The notes under the pieces were generated by a model that was given only the letters and a program-made list of their open reading frames with translations, was not told where the DNA came from and did no database searches. Of a stretch of DNA of 64,000 nt, positions 11,871 through 23,269 are shown in pieces. Every line of letters starts with the position of its first letter. Position 1 is the first letter of the stretch. A program made the position numbers and the translations under genes. The stretch covers positions 22,322,001-22,386,000 of the forward strand of contig NC_086118.1 in the NCBI RefSeq assembly GCF_963921235.1. Direction: 5' to 3'. Source of the DNA: Mobula hypostoma. Lineage: Eukaryota.

Positions 11871-12779
11871 TTATTCTGTTTAACCAAGTTCTGTATCAGA
11901 AAAGAAACATACCTTCCTTCCAGTGCAAAATGTTTTACCTTGATTCTGTGCAATTACCACTTTGTTAACCAATAACCTTGTTTCTCATCTTATTAACTTA
12001 TTAATATTAGATTTGAGGAAAAAAATTTAATCAAAAATGAAATCAGAATGTTGTGATTTTTCCCAAAAAGGCACTATCACAAGTAAAATTCCATAGTATT
12101 CCAAAGCCTTTGAAACAATTATTTTTTTCAATTTCTATTTATTTCTGCTATTGAATATTCCAGTATTTCAAGTCTTTTGGAAAATTCCTCCATTTAACCT
12201 GTCGATGGTGAATGTACTTTAGCCGAGAAGTCTTCTTTGCTATATTGAATTCTGGACAGATCGTAAGACATATGGAACTCATTCTTTCAAATGTCACTGT
12301 AGCTCTTTGTTGAAAATCTAACATTTCAACACAGTAATTGGTGTATCTCAAACAGCATTATCTTAACTCATGCATGTAAATTAACTCCAGGTTACTTGTT
12401 CTCTCTGCGGAGGATTGTCCAGCAGCACAAATTATGAACAAGTAGCAAAGAAGAATTGAAATTCCCTGGCAAGGACAATTTGCGTCTATTGTACTGACAG
12501 AGGTACAATGTGATGTCCTGGTGCACAATCTGATTTTGGGGGTGCCACGTGGATCAGAGCAGAAGTTATGCCGAGTGACAAGACATTGGAAAACTGAGGG
12601 TGGCTTGCAGATTATGGCAATAGCACAGAGGGTTGATTAAGTGCTAGCATTGCCAGTTTATAGCTCACTGCTCCAGCTTAAGCTTTCACATTTAAATGCA
12701 TGTTCCCAAACAGAAGGATAGTGTAACAGTAATGGCTGATAGTATTTTCCACCACCGCGAGGTTGATTGTGGTTCACTA

Positions 12780-13760
12780 CTTCTGGTCATTTCTATAATC
12801 CTGTGAGTATTTTGCACTTGCATAGTTGTTTATTGTTTCAACTGTCTATAGGGATCAGTGTGACTGCTGCTGAACTAATGTTTGCCGACTTCAAGGCTTC
12901 GCAGGAATTAGTCGTCTTTTCCCTTGAAACACAGCATGACTGGAAGAATGTGTGCAGAGCAGAATGAGCTACCGGGCAAGAGAGGAGGAAAAGGAGAGGC
13001 TTTCAGCTGAATTTTCCATCCATCCAGGGTTCTTCCTCATGAGTACGTCATATGAAGATGCCCTCACTGATATTTAACAAGTGCCCCATCCAAAAGCACA
13101 ACCTCTCTCAGTTTCCTTTCCATTATTTCATTGATGGAGGCAACTTATTCACAAAGAACTAATTTAATTCTTCCCTGCCAGAGACCAGCACTTGGATATG
13201 ACCTTGCATGAGGCATAGGCTTTTCAGAGAGCAAACTGGCCATGACTCATGTACATTACCATATGGGAAATGTAGATAAGTACTTGAGACTTTGCAGCAA
13301 AATCCTAAAGGAGTTTTCTACTCAATATGCATATCAGCAGGAATTGTCTGACACCGTGGCAGGAGCCATGATGCTTTTATTCTGTGGAGTCACCGTAATC
13401 TGACGCTCAAAAAGATAGCTACTGAGTGACAAGTGCTTTTAGATAATGGCTTGACTGATATCCTGAGCAGATCACAGAAGTATCCAAGTGCATAACGCAA
13501 TCAGTAATAGGGGAAAACATGGAACATGCTGGCACTGCCTTGAGGAGCTCTTGTGTTCTCATTAGATCAGATTTTAACATCTTTGGAGGTCGGCTGCATG
13601 GGACTCAACCTCATTAAGATGTGAGGCCATCTTTGTCTCCAGCTGCACGTCAAGCAACTGAGAGGGTGGAGGAAGCGCAAGAAATAAAGTAACAGGAGAA
13701 GAAGGTGGAATGAGGCATCCAATATGATCTCTTTCCAAATGTTATACCAGTAATGACAGC
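12780..13760 (+). mobile_element. Highly decayed PIF/Harbinger transposase fossil
   Basis: Residual motifs in correct order: N(P)KG.FYSI (13301-13327; cf. NRKGFHSIN), GRSHDAFIL (13358-13384; cf. PGSxHDAFIL), LLSDK (13419-13433; cf. WLLGDxGY). Confidence 0.65.
12918..13083 (+). repeat. Donor copy of a 166-bp perfect inverted duplication (partner 16434-16599)
   Basis: Base-by-base identity with the reverse complement of 16434-16599. Confidence 0.97.
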
Positions 13761-13899
13761 CCTAATTCCTAATTTGCCAGCTGTACATTTTCATACATTA
13801 GTCCAATCACAGCAGCCATAACAACGGCATTAAAACTAACATGAAATTAATACTCTGCTGTTAGCCTACTGCTTTCAGTCTCCCTTTCTACCTCTTCAT

Positions 13900-14452
13900 T
13901 GTTGTCACTACAGCATTGTCCCATTCCCATTCCAACGTGTCAGTCCGTAGCCTCCTCCTGTGCCAAGCCCAGGCCACCGTCAGGGTGGAGGAGCAACACT
14001 TTTTATTCCGTCCAGGTAACCTCCAACCTGATGGCATGAATATTGATTTACCTTCCGGTAAATAAAATCTTCCCCCTCCCCCAAGTTCCTCTATTCCCCA
14101 ATCTGACTTTTTAACCTCTTCTCACCTGCCTATTATTCCCCCCGGATCCCCTCCTCCTTCCCTATCTCCTATGGACCACTCTCCTCTCCTATCAGATTCC
14201 TTCTTCTCTAACCCTTGACCCTTCCCACCCACCTGGTTTCACCGATCACCTTCCAGCTAGCCTCCTTCCCCTCCCTCACCCCCACTCCACCTTTTCATTC
14301 TGGCATCTTCTCCTTTCCTTCTATGTCCGGAAGGAGGGTCTCGCTCTGACTATCTATTTATTTCCATTGATGCTGCATCATGTGCTGAGTTCCTGCAGCA
14401 TTTTGTGTGTTTTGCTTTAGATTTCCAGCGTCTGCAGACTCACTCGTGTTTG
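13900..14452 (+). mobile_element. Penelope-like element 3' fragment
   Basis: EEQHFLFRPGNLQPDGMNID-type endonuclease C-terminus, pyrimidine-rich 3' region, decayed hammerhead and 'tttccagcgtctgcaga' tail. Confidence 0.85.
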
Positions 14453-14774
14453 TCACTTCAGTATTTCTTTTAGCATTACTGAACGCTGTACTGCTGTACT
14501 GCATGCCATTCCATTGTTACAATGCTTGCAGCTCTTTCTTTGTTGTAATTATTATTATCATGTGCACAGTTTACACTGTGAATTCATGTGAGCAAGGAAC
14601 TTGACTACAGCCTGCTGCATATGACGATAAACTATTCCGAATCTGAAAATGAATCAAATTAATCAATTAAATCACGTCACGATGTAATTAAGTACCAATT
14701 AATCATTCTTGTACATATTCCGGGTGCCTACTTTTGATTTTTTTTTGCCTGTCCTGTATCCTATAAAGTAAAAC

Positions 14775-15140
14775 CATAAGATCGTAAGAGATAGTAGCAG
14801 AATTAGGCTATTCAGCCAATCAAGTCTGCTCTACCCCACCATCTTGGCTGATCCATCATCCCTCTCAACGCCATTCTTCTGCCTTCTCCCCATAACCTTT
14901 GATGCCCTGATTAATCAAGAACCTATCAACCTCCACCTTAAATATGCCCAATCACTTGGCCTGCACAACCATCCATGGCAATGAATTCCACAGTTTCACC
15001 ACCCTCTGGCTAAAGACAACTTTCCCCATCTCTGTTCTAATGGATAACTCTGAATTCTGAAGCTGTGCCCTCTGACCCTAGACAACCACCCCCCCCCCGC
15101 CCCATAAGAAACATCCTCTCCACATTCACTCTATTCAGAA
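14775..15140 (-). mobile_element. CR1 3' fragment
   Basis: Reverse complement of CR1 3' end (atgaattccacagtttcaccaccctctgg; ccataaga tail). Confidence 0.85.
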
Positions 15141-15154
15141 CTTTTAACATTGTT

Positions 15155-15712
15155 CATAGGTAGAGACTAGGGAGAGTTTTACAGCCATTTGATGTTCATG
15201 AATCCTTGTGGAAAGTTTCTTCCTAGTGTGGCCAAGTAATATTTGCTGCAGTCCCCACATTGGATTTTGTAGATCACATTGGTCTTATCCAATAGCTTGG
15301 CTCTCTCATGTCTCTAGTCATGAAGATCGAGTGGGGCACAAATTTGACTGGACATCAGTGAAAGTCTTGGCACAAGCAAACACGCGGCATGCAAGAGAAC
15401 ACTAGAAGCATGGTTTTCTGTGAAGAATTCTGCATATAGACATGTAACCCTTGATCCTATTTATGAGCCAATGCAGGCAAAATTCCAGACCGCAGTGCAC
15501 AAAGTTCACCTTGCATTCAATCACAAGATTGAATCACCTCCATCACAAATAAGACCAATCAGCTGATAAGGTCAAGCATACAGAGGACATACCACAATAA
15601 TCAATGTACAAGTGATGTCTCCTTGCCTAGTGATGAAATGTTGGCAACTAAATTGAAGAAGAACTCAATGTAACCATCAACCACCCGAACAACGTATGTT
15701 TTGAATTATTTT
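15155..15712. mobile_element. Penelope (GIY-YIG) element fragment with internal inversion
   Basis: Minus 15170-15310 reads KTNVIYKIQCGDCSKYY..RKKLSTRIHEHQMA; plus 15320-15420 continues HEDRVGHKFDW..LAQANTRHARE..EAW; decayed hammerhead near 15612-15642. Confidence 0.85.
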
Positions 15713-16315
15713 CATACAAAGAGTATGTTGGGTAGACAATCATAAATTGACTGCACAAAGAAGAGAAAAGGCTAAAAAGTCAAGTTCCATTTTTAAAAAG
15801 AGTACTAATTTGCATGATGTTGATGAAAAAGCTGATAATGACGAGAATAACACAGAACTGTGTGGCCTTGAGATTTACAATGTAAAAGCTAATGATAGAC
15901 AAGCAATGTGGCTTATATCAGAAATGAATGGCAAATTAATTAAAATAGAATTAGACACTGGTTCAGCTGTTTCAGCCATTCTACAAAATGAGTTAGAGCG
16001 GCATTTAAAAAAATACCAAACTGAAGCCTGCAGATATCCAACAAAGAATTTATACTGGGGATAACATTAGTAAACATGAAACTAAACAACCAACAAGCCA
16101 CATTGAGCTTACATGTGGTAAAAACAGGAGGACAAACATTGTGGGGTCATGACTGGCTAAGACAATTACAACTTGATTGGAGATCCATCCACCATTTGCC
16201 TGCCACATGCCCGGCAATAAAGCCAGCTGAAAGTGAAGCAAGAAACGCACAGGATAATGACACAACTGTCTCCATGCCAAACACTATGAACCTTTGCCCA
16301 GCAGAGGACAAGTAG

Positions 16316-16955
16316 GTGTTGGTGCCAACATCTGTGCATCTTATTGGCCAAGCAATGACCATGCTGCTCAGAGGAATCTTGAAGGAGATGAAAACTACAA
16401 CAGTTTTTGTAGGCAACATATCTGAGAAAGCTTCACTTGTTAAATATCAGTGAGGGCATCTTCATATGACGTACTCATGAGGAAGAACCCTGGATGGATG
16501 GAAAATTCAGCTGAAAGCCTCTCCTTTTCCTCCTCTCTTGCCCGGTAGCTCATTCTGCTCTGCACACATTCTTCCAGTCATGCTGTGTTTCAAGGGAAAC
16601 CTTGAGGAAGGAAGTTGTAAACATTCAGCTTTTGTGAGTATAAAGAACCAGAACCTACTCTGTGTGCATTAAGATTATTGCATGAACTTCAAGTGGGAGA
16701 CAAAAAGCTGCTTGTAAAAGTAGATGCAAAGACCAAAACCAAGCTGGATGAATGGAAGACCAAGAAGAAAGGAGTCAAGGGAAATCTAAAATCTGAGGAT
16801 ACGTCAGACGATAGTGTGGATGCAGAAACCAAGAAGACAGATCAAATCGTGAAGGGAACAATGGAAAGATTAATAAGAGAATATTCCAGTGAACTAAATG
16901 CACCTTCCCAAGATCAAGGTGCATAAACTAGAAGAAGGAAATGAAGGAGAAGAAA
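16316..16955 (+). pseudogene. RBM25: Processed (intronless) RBM25 fragment covering the RRM region
   Basis: VLVPTSVHLIG..DEN..TTVFVGNISEKAS [insert] GKL*TFSFCEYKEPEPTLCALRLLHELQVGDKKLLVKVDAKTKTKLDEWKTKKK..IVKGTMERLIREYSSELNAPSQ, colinear with vertebrate RBM25; contains stops and indels. Confidence 0.92.
16434..16599 (-). repeat. Inverted templated insertion copied from 12918-13083
   Basis: 166/166 identity; sits where the RBM25 segment between SEKAS and GKL is missing. Confidence 0.97.
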
Positions 16956-17276
16956 GTTGTCCAGAATTGTCATAACCACTTCTTACAGTCTCAGAGTCAA
17001 TTCTTATAACCACCACAAAAGAGAGCCCAAGAACCTGAGCTTGTTTTCACAGCCACAAGTCTTACCTGCCAAGCAATACCTGCCAATAAGTGATCCCCCT
17101 TATTAAGAAAGATGTTATCCCACAAGAGTAAGAAAACCTCCACAGCGATCAAATCTTTAGTCCTGAATGGGGCAGTTTAAAATTTACTATGCTGTGGATG
17201 TCTGTATATAATAGTTATGTAATATAGTTGAGATTCATTCTCTATTGAGTTGGAGTTTACAGCTAAATGAAAACAG

Positions 17277-17532
17277 TGTTGTGTATCTACTATTTCAGTA
17301 AGATTTGTGTAATCTTGTATATATTTGAGTAATCTTGGTTGATTAAGCATTCTTGTTCATTTAAATAATGCATTACGAGTTACATATATAAATATGTGAA
17401 TTGCATACATCATCATGCTACCACATGATACGTGTGTGCCTCACTTAAAGTAAACACTGTTAGACCTGCATTCCTGGACTTCCATGTCTTCCTTTGAATT
17501 AGTTTAATGTTTTAAAGTTACAAAACATAACA
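17277..17532 (+). repeat. 3' LTR of the RBM25-carrying Gypsy element
   Basis: TGTTGTGT..ACATAACA inverted termini; follows the pol stop; abuts a CR1 fragment. Confidence 0.8.
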
Positions 17533-18815
17533 GCTATTATTTTGTTAAGCGGCCTCATGTGTGGCACCTTGTCATAGACCTTCTGAAAATCCAAATAAAC
17601 AACATCCACTGACTCTCCTTTGTCTATCCTGCTTGATATTTCCTTAATAAGTTCCAACAGATTAGTCAGAGAAGTTTTCCCCTTTAGAAAATAATGTTGA
17701 CTTTGGTCTATTTTATCATGTGCCTCCAAGTTCCCTGAAACCTCATTCTTACTAATAGACTCCAACATCTTTCCAGTCACTGAAGTCAGGCTAACCGGCC
17801 TGTAGCTTCCTTTCTTCTGCCTCTCTCCCTCTTAATGAGTAGAGTAACATTTGCAATTTCTCAGTCCTCAGGAACTATTCCAGAATCTAGTGATTCTTGA
17901 AAGATCTTTATTAATGCCTTCACAATCTTTTCAGCTTCTCTTTCAGAACCCTGGGTGTAATCCATCTGGTCCAGCTGACTTATCTACCTTCAGGTTTTTC
18001 ACTTACTAAGCACCTTCCGCTTAGTAATAACAATGACACTCACATCTGCGCCCTGACACTCTCACATTTCTGGCATTATGTGGAGTCTTCCACTGTGAAG
18101 ACAAATACAAAATACTTATTAAATCCGCCCGCCATTTTGTTGCCCTCCATAACTACCTCTCTACTGTCTTTTCTCAGTGGTCTGATATCTACCTTCATCT
18201 CTCTTTTACTCTTTATATATCTGAAAAAAACTTTTTGCATCCTCTTTTACATTATTGGCTATCTTTGCTCCATCTTTTTCTTTCTTTATGACTTTTTTTA
18301 GTTGTCTTCTGGTGGTTTCTAAAAGCTTCCCAATCTTCTAACTTCCCATTAATTTTGCTAAATTACATGCCCTCCCTTTTGCTTTTATGCTGTCCTTGAC
18401 TCCTCTGTCACCCACGGTTGCCTCATCCTCCCTTTAGAATATTTCTTTGTTTGTGGGATCTATCTATTCTGCCCCTTCCAAATTGTCCCCAGAATCACCA
18501 GCTATTACTGTTCTGGCATCATCCATATTATTGTCCCCTTCGAATCAACTTTGGCCATCTCCTTTCTCATGCCTCTTCAATTCCTTTTATTCCTCCGTAA
18601 TAAATACATCAGTTTTAGCTTTTCCTTCTCAAACTGCAGGGTAAATTCTATCATATCATGATCACTCTCTCCTAAGGGTTCCTTTACCTTAAGCTTCTTG
18701 ATCAAATCTGGGTCATCACTTAATATCCAATCCAGAATTGCCATTTCCCTTATGGGCCAACCACAAAATGCTTTAAACAGCCATCCTGTAGGCATTCTAC
18801 AAATTTCCTAATTTG
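17533..18815 (-). mobile_element. CR1/L3 LINE ORF2 fragment
   Basis: AILDWILS..PLGESDHDMIEF; SLTNLLE..VDVVYLDFQKVYDKVPH. Confidence 0.95.
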
Positions 18816-18819
18816 GGAT

Positions 18820-19805
18820 TCTGCCTGGGCCCTAGATGGCCAACACCAGAATGCTTAGAAGAGGCGCACAGAAAGCCATCCTAGCTGTCAAATGTGCCTA
18901 CTGCTGCCAGGCTAACTGCCGTTTGCAGCCAGACAGACTAATCCAGCCTGGGGCCCATGTCTGGCTGTTTACCTCAGATCTGCTCCTGTGCCCAGACTCC
19001 TGCAAATTCTCATCCCAGTTCACAGGTCCCTTTAAGATCTGGGCCATACCCTCCAAATATCCAGACATGCTTCTCGTTTTTTTTTTTGCACTACTTTACT
19101 TTCCCTTTTCTATTTTCTATTTATGATTTATAATTTAAATTTTTAATATTTACTATCGATTTGTACTCCAGGGAACATGAAGAGCAGAATCAAATATCGC
19201 TGTGATCGTATGCTCTAGAATCAATTGTTTGGTGACAATAAAGCATAAAGTAAGGTAAAGTAAAGATTACCCATTGCATTAACCCAGTCACTTAATGTCT
19301 TCCGCTGCCATGGATCCTCAGGATCACACCTACTGTCCACCTGTCCTGCTTCAAGCCTGTTGTCCATGGATCTCTCAACCCACCTGAGCATGCACCTCCA
19401 GAACCAAGGATGGTAGAACATGGTTCGCTGGTTGATGAATTCACATTGTCTTGGACAGAGTGTGCAGTTCCTGGCTGATTGAGAAGGATGGGCCCAGAGT
19501 AGAGGTCTTGGGTGTGTTCCAGGTTCATTTTAGATCCACTCCTCTGCCACTCACTTCCAATTCATCACCTGCAGCCCATTTAAACCCAGCTGTCATCCAC
19601 AAACCATGTTCACCCTCAAATGAACCAGCCAGCCTCAACCAGTTGCTTGTGGCCTTCAGTTAGATTGTTGCCTTGTCGTGTTACTCTCTTGTTTTGTGGC
19701 CCCTTGTGGAATGTTATTTTGCAGCTTATTAGTGAAGTATCATTTACTACTCAACTGACTTCACTGCTCTGCTTTTGGGTCAAGCCTTCTCTACAATTCT
19801 TGACA
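18820..19805 (+). mobile_element. Gypsy 3' fragment (integrase C-terminus plus LTR) with a nested LINE tail at about 19053-19265
   Basis: QPGAHVWL..KFSSQFTGPFKI, ITPTVHLSCFKPV; ends ..ttcttgACA; nested piece ends in (gtaaa)n. Confidence 0.75.
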
Positions 19806-20120
19806 GTAGCAGTAAAGCTCATTCAGTGTTCTTTATCATAATTGGCTTCATCTTGGGAGATGCTTGAAAATGACTAGTTTTTCAGCACCTTTGGAATAAA
19901 ATAGACAGCACTACCTGAGTGACTTGAAATGCCCTGTACTCTGAAGTTCATATCATTAAACACAAAAAGAAACTTTCAAGAACACAGATATCTTTCTTGA
20001 AGGCTGGAAGCAATCAATAGGTCCTTCAGTATAGTGGACAGAATAAAATAGATAGGTTCAGTATTGACTTTTCACCTGAATAATTTTTATTTAAAGGAGA
20101 ACATCTGAAATATTAACCTG

Positions 20121-20331
20121 CAACACACACAAAAGTTGCTGGTGAACTCAGCAGGCCAGGCAGCATCTCTAGGAAGAGGTACAGTCAACATTTCGGGCCG
20201 AGACCCTTCGTCAGGCCTGAAACGTCGACTGTACCTCTTCCTAGAGATGCTGCCTGGCCTGCTGCGTTCACCAGCAACTTTTATGTGTGTTGCTTGAAAT
20301 TCCAGCAACTGCAGATTTCCTCGTTTTTGCA
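20121..20331. mobile_element. Palindromic PLE terminal insertion; hammerhead core on minus strand, truncated on plus strand
   Basis: Inverted arms of about 80 bp around loop gagacccttcgtca; 13-bp TSD AAATATTAACCTG (20108-20120, 20332-20344). Confidence 0.9.
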
Positions 20332-21474
20332 AAATATTAACCTGACAGGTCTAAGTTACTGACTGTTTACAGAATTTCTAAAATTTTATATTCACAAAGT
20401 GTAAGATTTACAAAGAACATTTTTTAACGGGGGTTTAATTTTTTTTAGTGATCTATGAATAGAGCTGAGGATGAATGTAATTATATGATATGTGCATACA
20501 GTATATAAATATTGTTATACTTTAGGTATAATATTATAATCTTCGTTACATGCAGACAAGAATTAGAGAGTGAATTATGATTAATAATATTTAGCACCTG
20601 AAGTATCCCTTACATTTATAATACATTTTAGGTGGTGTAAACAATTCAAAAATTTGCTTGTTTTAAATGCAATTGTTTAGTAAGTTCAAGTGATAAAAAT
20701 GATTTCAACACTGTCTTTATGTTCACTAGTCCTTTACTGGGCATTGGTGAGAAAAAGACAGTCTTTTTTCATGGCTATATTATTCCTTGTTATAATCCTT
20801 GCAACATGATCCTGGCCACCATGGTCTGATTATTATTTCCTTTTCAGGCTCATATCTCCCTGAGATACTGCAAAGCTAGAGCAGAGATGTTTATTTAGCT
20901 GTAATTGTTACTTGTATCCTCTGCACTCTAGCCTGTAATACTGTCAGATGGGATGTTTTTCACTCCTTTGAACTAGTACAAGCCACACATGAGGAACATT
21001 ATCTAGAAATGCCTTTTGTAAAGAGCATTCACACTGTCATTGGTACCTCTCAGATTACTAGCTGGGAATGTGATGAAAAACCACTTGCTTGGAATGTGAG
21101 CAGTTTAAGCTGTTATTTCTTAAAGAAATTGGAACAACCTTTAAGTAGGAGTCTCTTACCATTAATGGTCCATGCCGATGGTTTCCAAACTATAATTAGA
21201 ACTAACTGAATTGAAATCATAGGCTCAGTAAAAGGAATTATAGACTGGTAAGTTTATATGATACTTTGAAAGTTGAATAATGATAATTACCAAGGTTTCA
21301 GATGTACTAAGGATGGAATGAAGTCTTCAAAGACAAATGTGATATCTCAGCTATGTGCAAAGATGAGCAAACAGCCCCAGGAAGAACCTGATGTGCTTTG
21401 CAAATACACTAAAGTTGCTTTAACTGGATCAAGATTTGTTGAGGCACAATTTAATAGCTTATCCTCAGTGTCTC

Positions 21475-21680
21475 ATAAGACCATAAAATATAGGAGAACA
21501 ATTAGACCATTTGGCCCGTTGAGTCTACTCTGCCATTCAGTCATAGCTAATTTTCTTTATTCATCTCCGTTCTGCTGCACTCTCTCCATAATCCTTAATC
21601 CTTTTTATAATGAAGAACCTATAAAGCTCTGCCTTAAATGCACCCAATGACTTGGCCTTCACAGCCCTTTGTGATTCACC
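21475..21680 (-). mobile_element. CR1 3' tail
   Basis: cataagaccataa tail and aattagaccatttggccc block. Confidence 0.7.
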
Positions 21681-22331
21681 CTGTAATCTTCAATCCAGGA
21701 TTTGTAGAGCACTGGAAGAAAAAGTTTGCAAGCAAGAGTAATTTAGGGAAGAATCCTACACTGGGGTTCTGGTACAGGAGCTGCAAATGCTTTAAAAGTT
21801 TAGGAGATTTTCCAGGAGTTTTCCTCCCAGTGAATCAGTCACATTTGAGACAGGTATGGATTGAACTGGCAAATCAGCTTCTATGTCAAGGAGAAGATGA
21901 AGAGGTGAAAAAATAAAGAAGTGATACTTAGGCTGTGTATCGCTTTGTCCACACTTAGCAAAGGCACATTGACTTTGGATCTTTTCAGCAGCATAATGTC
22001 AAGGTATACGTGACTAAATTACATGACCGTTTGCTTAAATACAGCCTTTGAATCAGTAGATAGAAGTTCAAAGCAACACGCACCGAAATGCTGGAGGAAC
22101 TAGAATGAAGGTCAATCTAAGTTATACATTTTAAATTGAAAAGGGATTTCATTGGGCAGGCATAGTGAGCACTGATGTGAGAATTCAGCAAATTAGAGTC
22201 AAACAGTTGGACAGTAGAATTGGGAAGAACCCCTTCATGTAAGGGCTGCTTCAAATGTGGATCTCCCTTTGCCAAAAGCAAATACATGCTGGGTATTGTT
22301 AAATGGAAATGCGTAGATTTTTGCTAAGATA

Positions 22332-22875
22332 TACTCAGGCCACTTTATTACCTGCAACTGTACACCTGTTTGTTAATATAAATAGCTAACCATCCAATCA
22401 TGTGGCAGCAACTCAATGCATGCAGACGTGGTCAAGAGGTTCAGTTGTTGTTCAGACAGGGTGGTCTGAGTATCTCAGAGACTGCTGATCTCCTGGGATT
22501 TTCACGCAGAGCAGTTCACAAACTTCTCTATGCCATTGGGCCAATATCATTAAGCAAGGGGTCTGTGAACCTCAGGTTGGGAACCCCTGCTTTAGAGTTT
22601 ACAGAGAATGCTGTGAAAAACAAAAAAAATCTAGTGAGTGGAGTTCGGTAGGCAAATGGGTCTTGTTAATGAGAGAGGTCAGAGGGGAATGACCATATTG
22701 GTTCTAGCTGACAGGAAGGTGGCAGTAACTCGAATAAGCACATATAGCAACAGCGATGTTCAGAGGAGCATCTAGAAATGCACAACACATTGAGCCTTGA
22801 ACTGGATGGGCTTTAGGAGTAGAAGGCTATAAATATACATTCAATGGGCACTTTTTTAGGTACAGGAGGTACTTA
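22332..22875 (+). mobile_element. Tc1-like DNA transposon remnant with a nested hAT-type MITE (about 22512-22590)
   Basis: TIR-like ggccactttatta, GGLSISETADLLGFSR helix-turn-helix; MITE ends ggttgggaacccctg. Confidence 0.75.
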
Positions 22876-23269
22876 TGTTGCTGAATATTCCAATCCTGTT
22901 GCTGAGGTGACATCCAGGGAGGTGTTTCCATTATCACATGGTGATAGGTTGAAATTGCTTTAAAAATGCTCTAATAATATTTCAATTGAGGTATATATTT
23001 GTTGATCTGAATTACATTTTATGTTTCATTTTCCACAAGGCAACGTAAATATGGTTTTAATATTTTATGGCATGGTCTCTATACAATGTATTCATAGTGT
23101 CAACATTGCAGAGAGGTATGACTGAAATTCATAATCCCACAATAAAGAGATTCCATCCCCCACTATCCTTCTCCAATTTTTTTCTCAGTATTACAGTGCA
23201 CTTTCTCACAGCAATGAATGATAAAATTGATTAACTTTTAATGTACTTTGCTTACACTTGAACTCTCAG

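Larger units (their letters stand above)
15713..17532 (+). mobile_element. Ty3/Gypsy LTR element lacking RT-RH-IN and carrying a captured RBM25 fragment
   Basis: gag end and protease LDTGSAVS (15747-16064), LWGHDWLRQLQLDW (16076-16270), pol C-terminus ERCYPTRVRKPPQRSNL* (about 16955-17160), 3' LTR. Confidence 0.9.

Noticed and set aside
16678..16926. Functional RBM25 gene or exon
   Set aside because: In-frame stops, indels, no introns, and embedded in a Gypsy element
20868..20942. Hairpin GCTAGAG-CAGAG..CTCTG-ca-CTCTAGC as a pre-miRNA
   Set aside because: Short interrupted stem, large loop and no recognisable mature miRNA
21273..21916. Two plus-strand ORFs (125 and 92 aa)
   Set aside because: They run through an antisense CR1 tail and no homology was recognised
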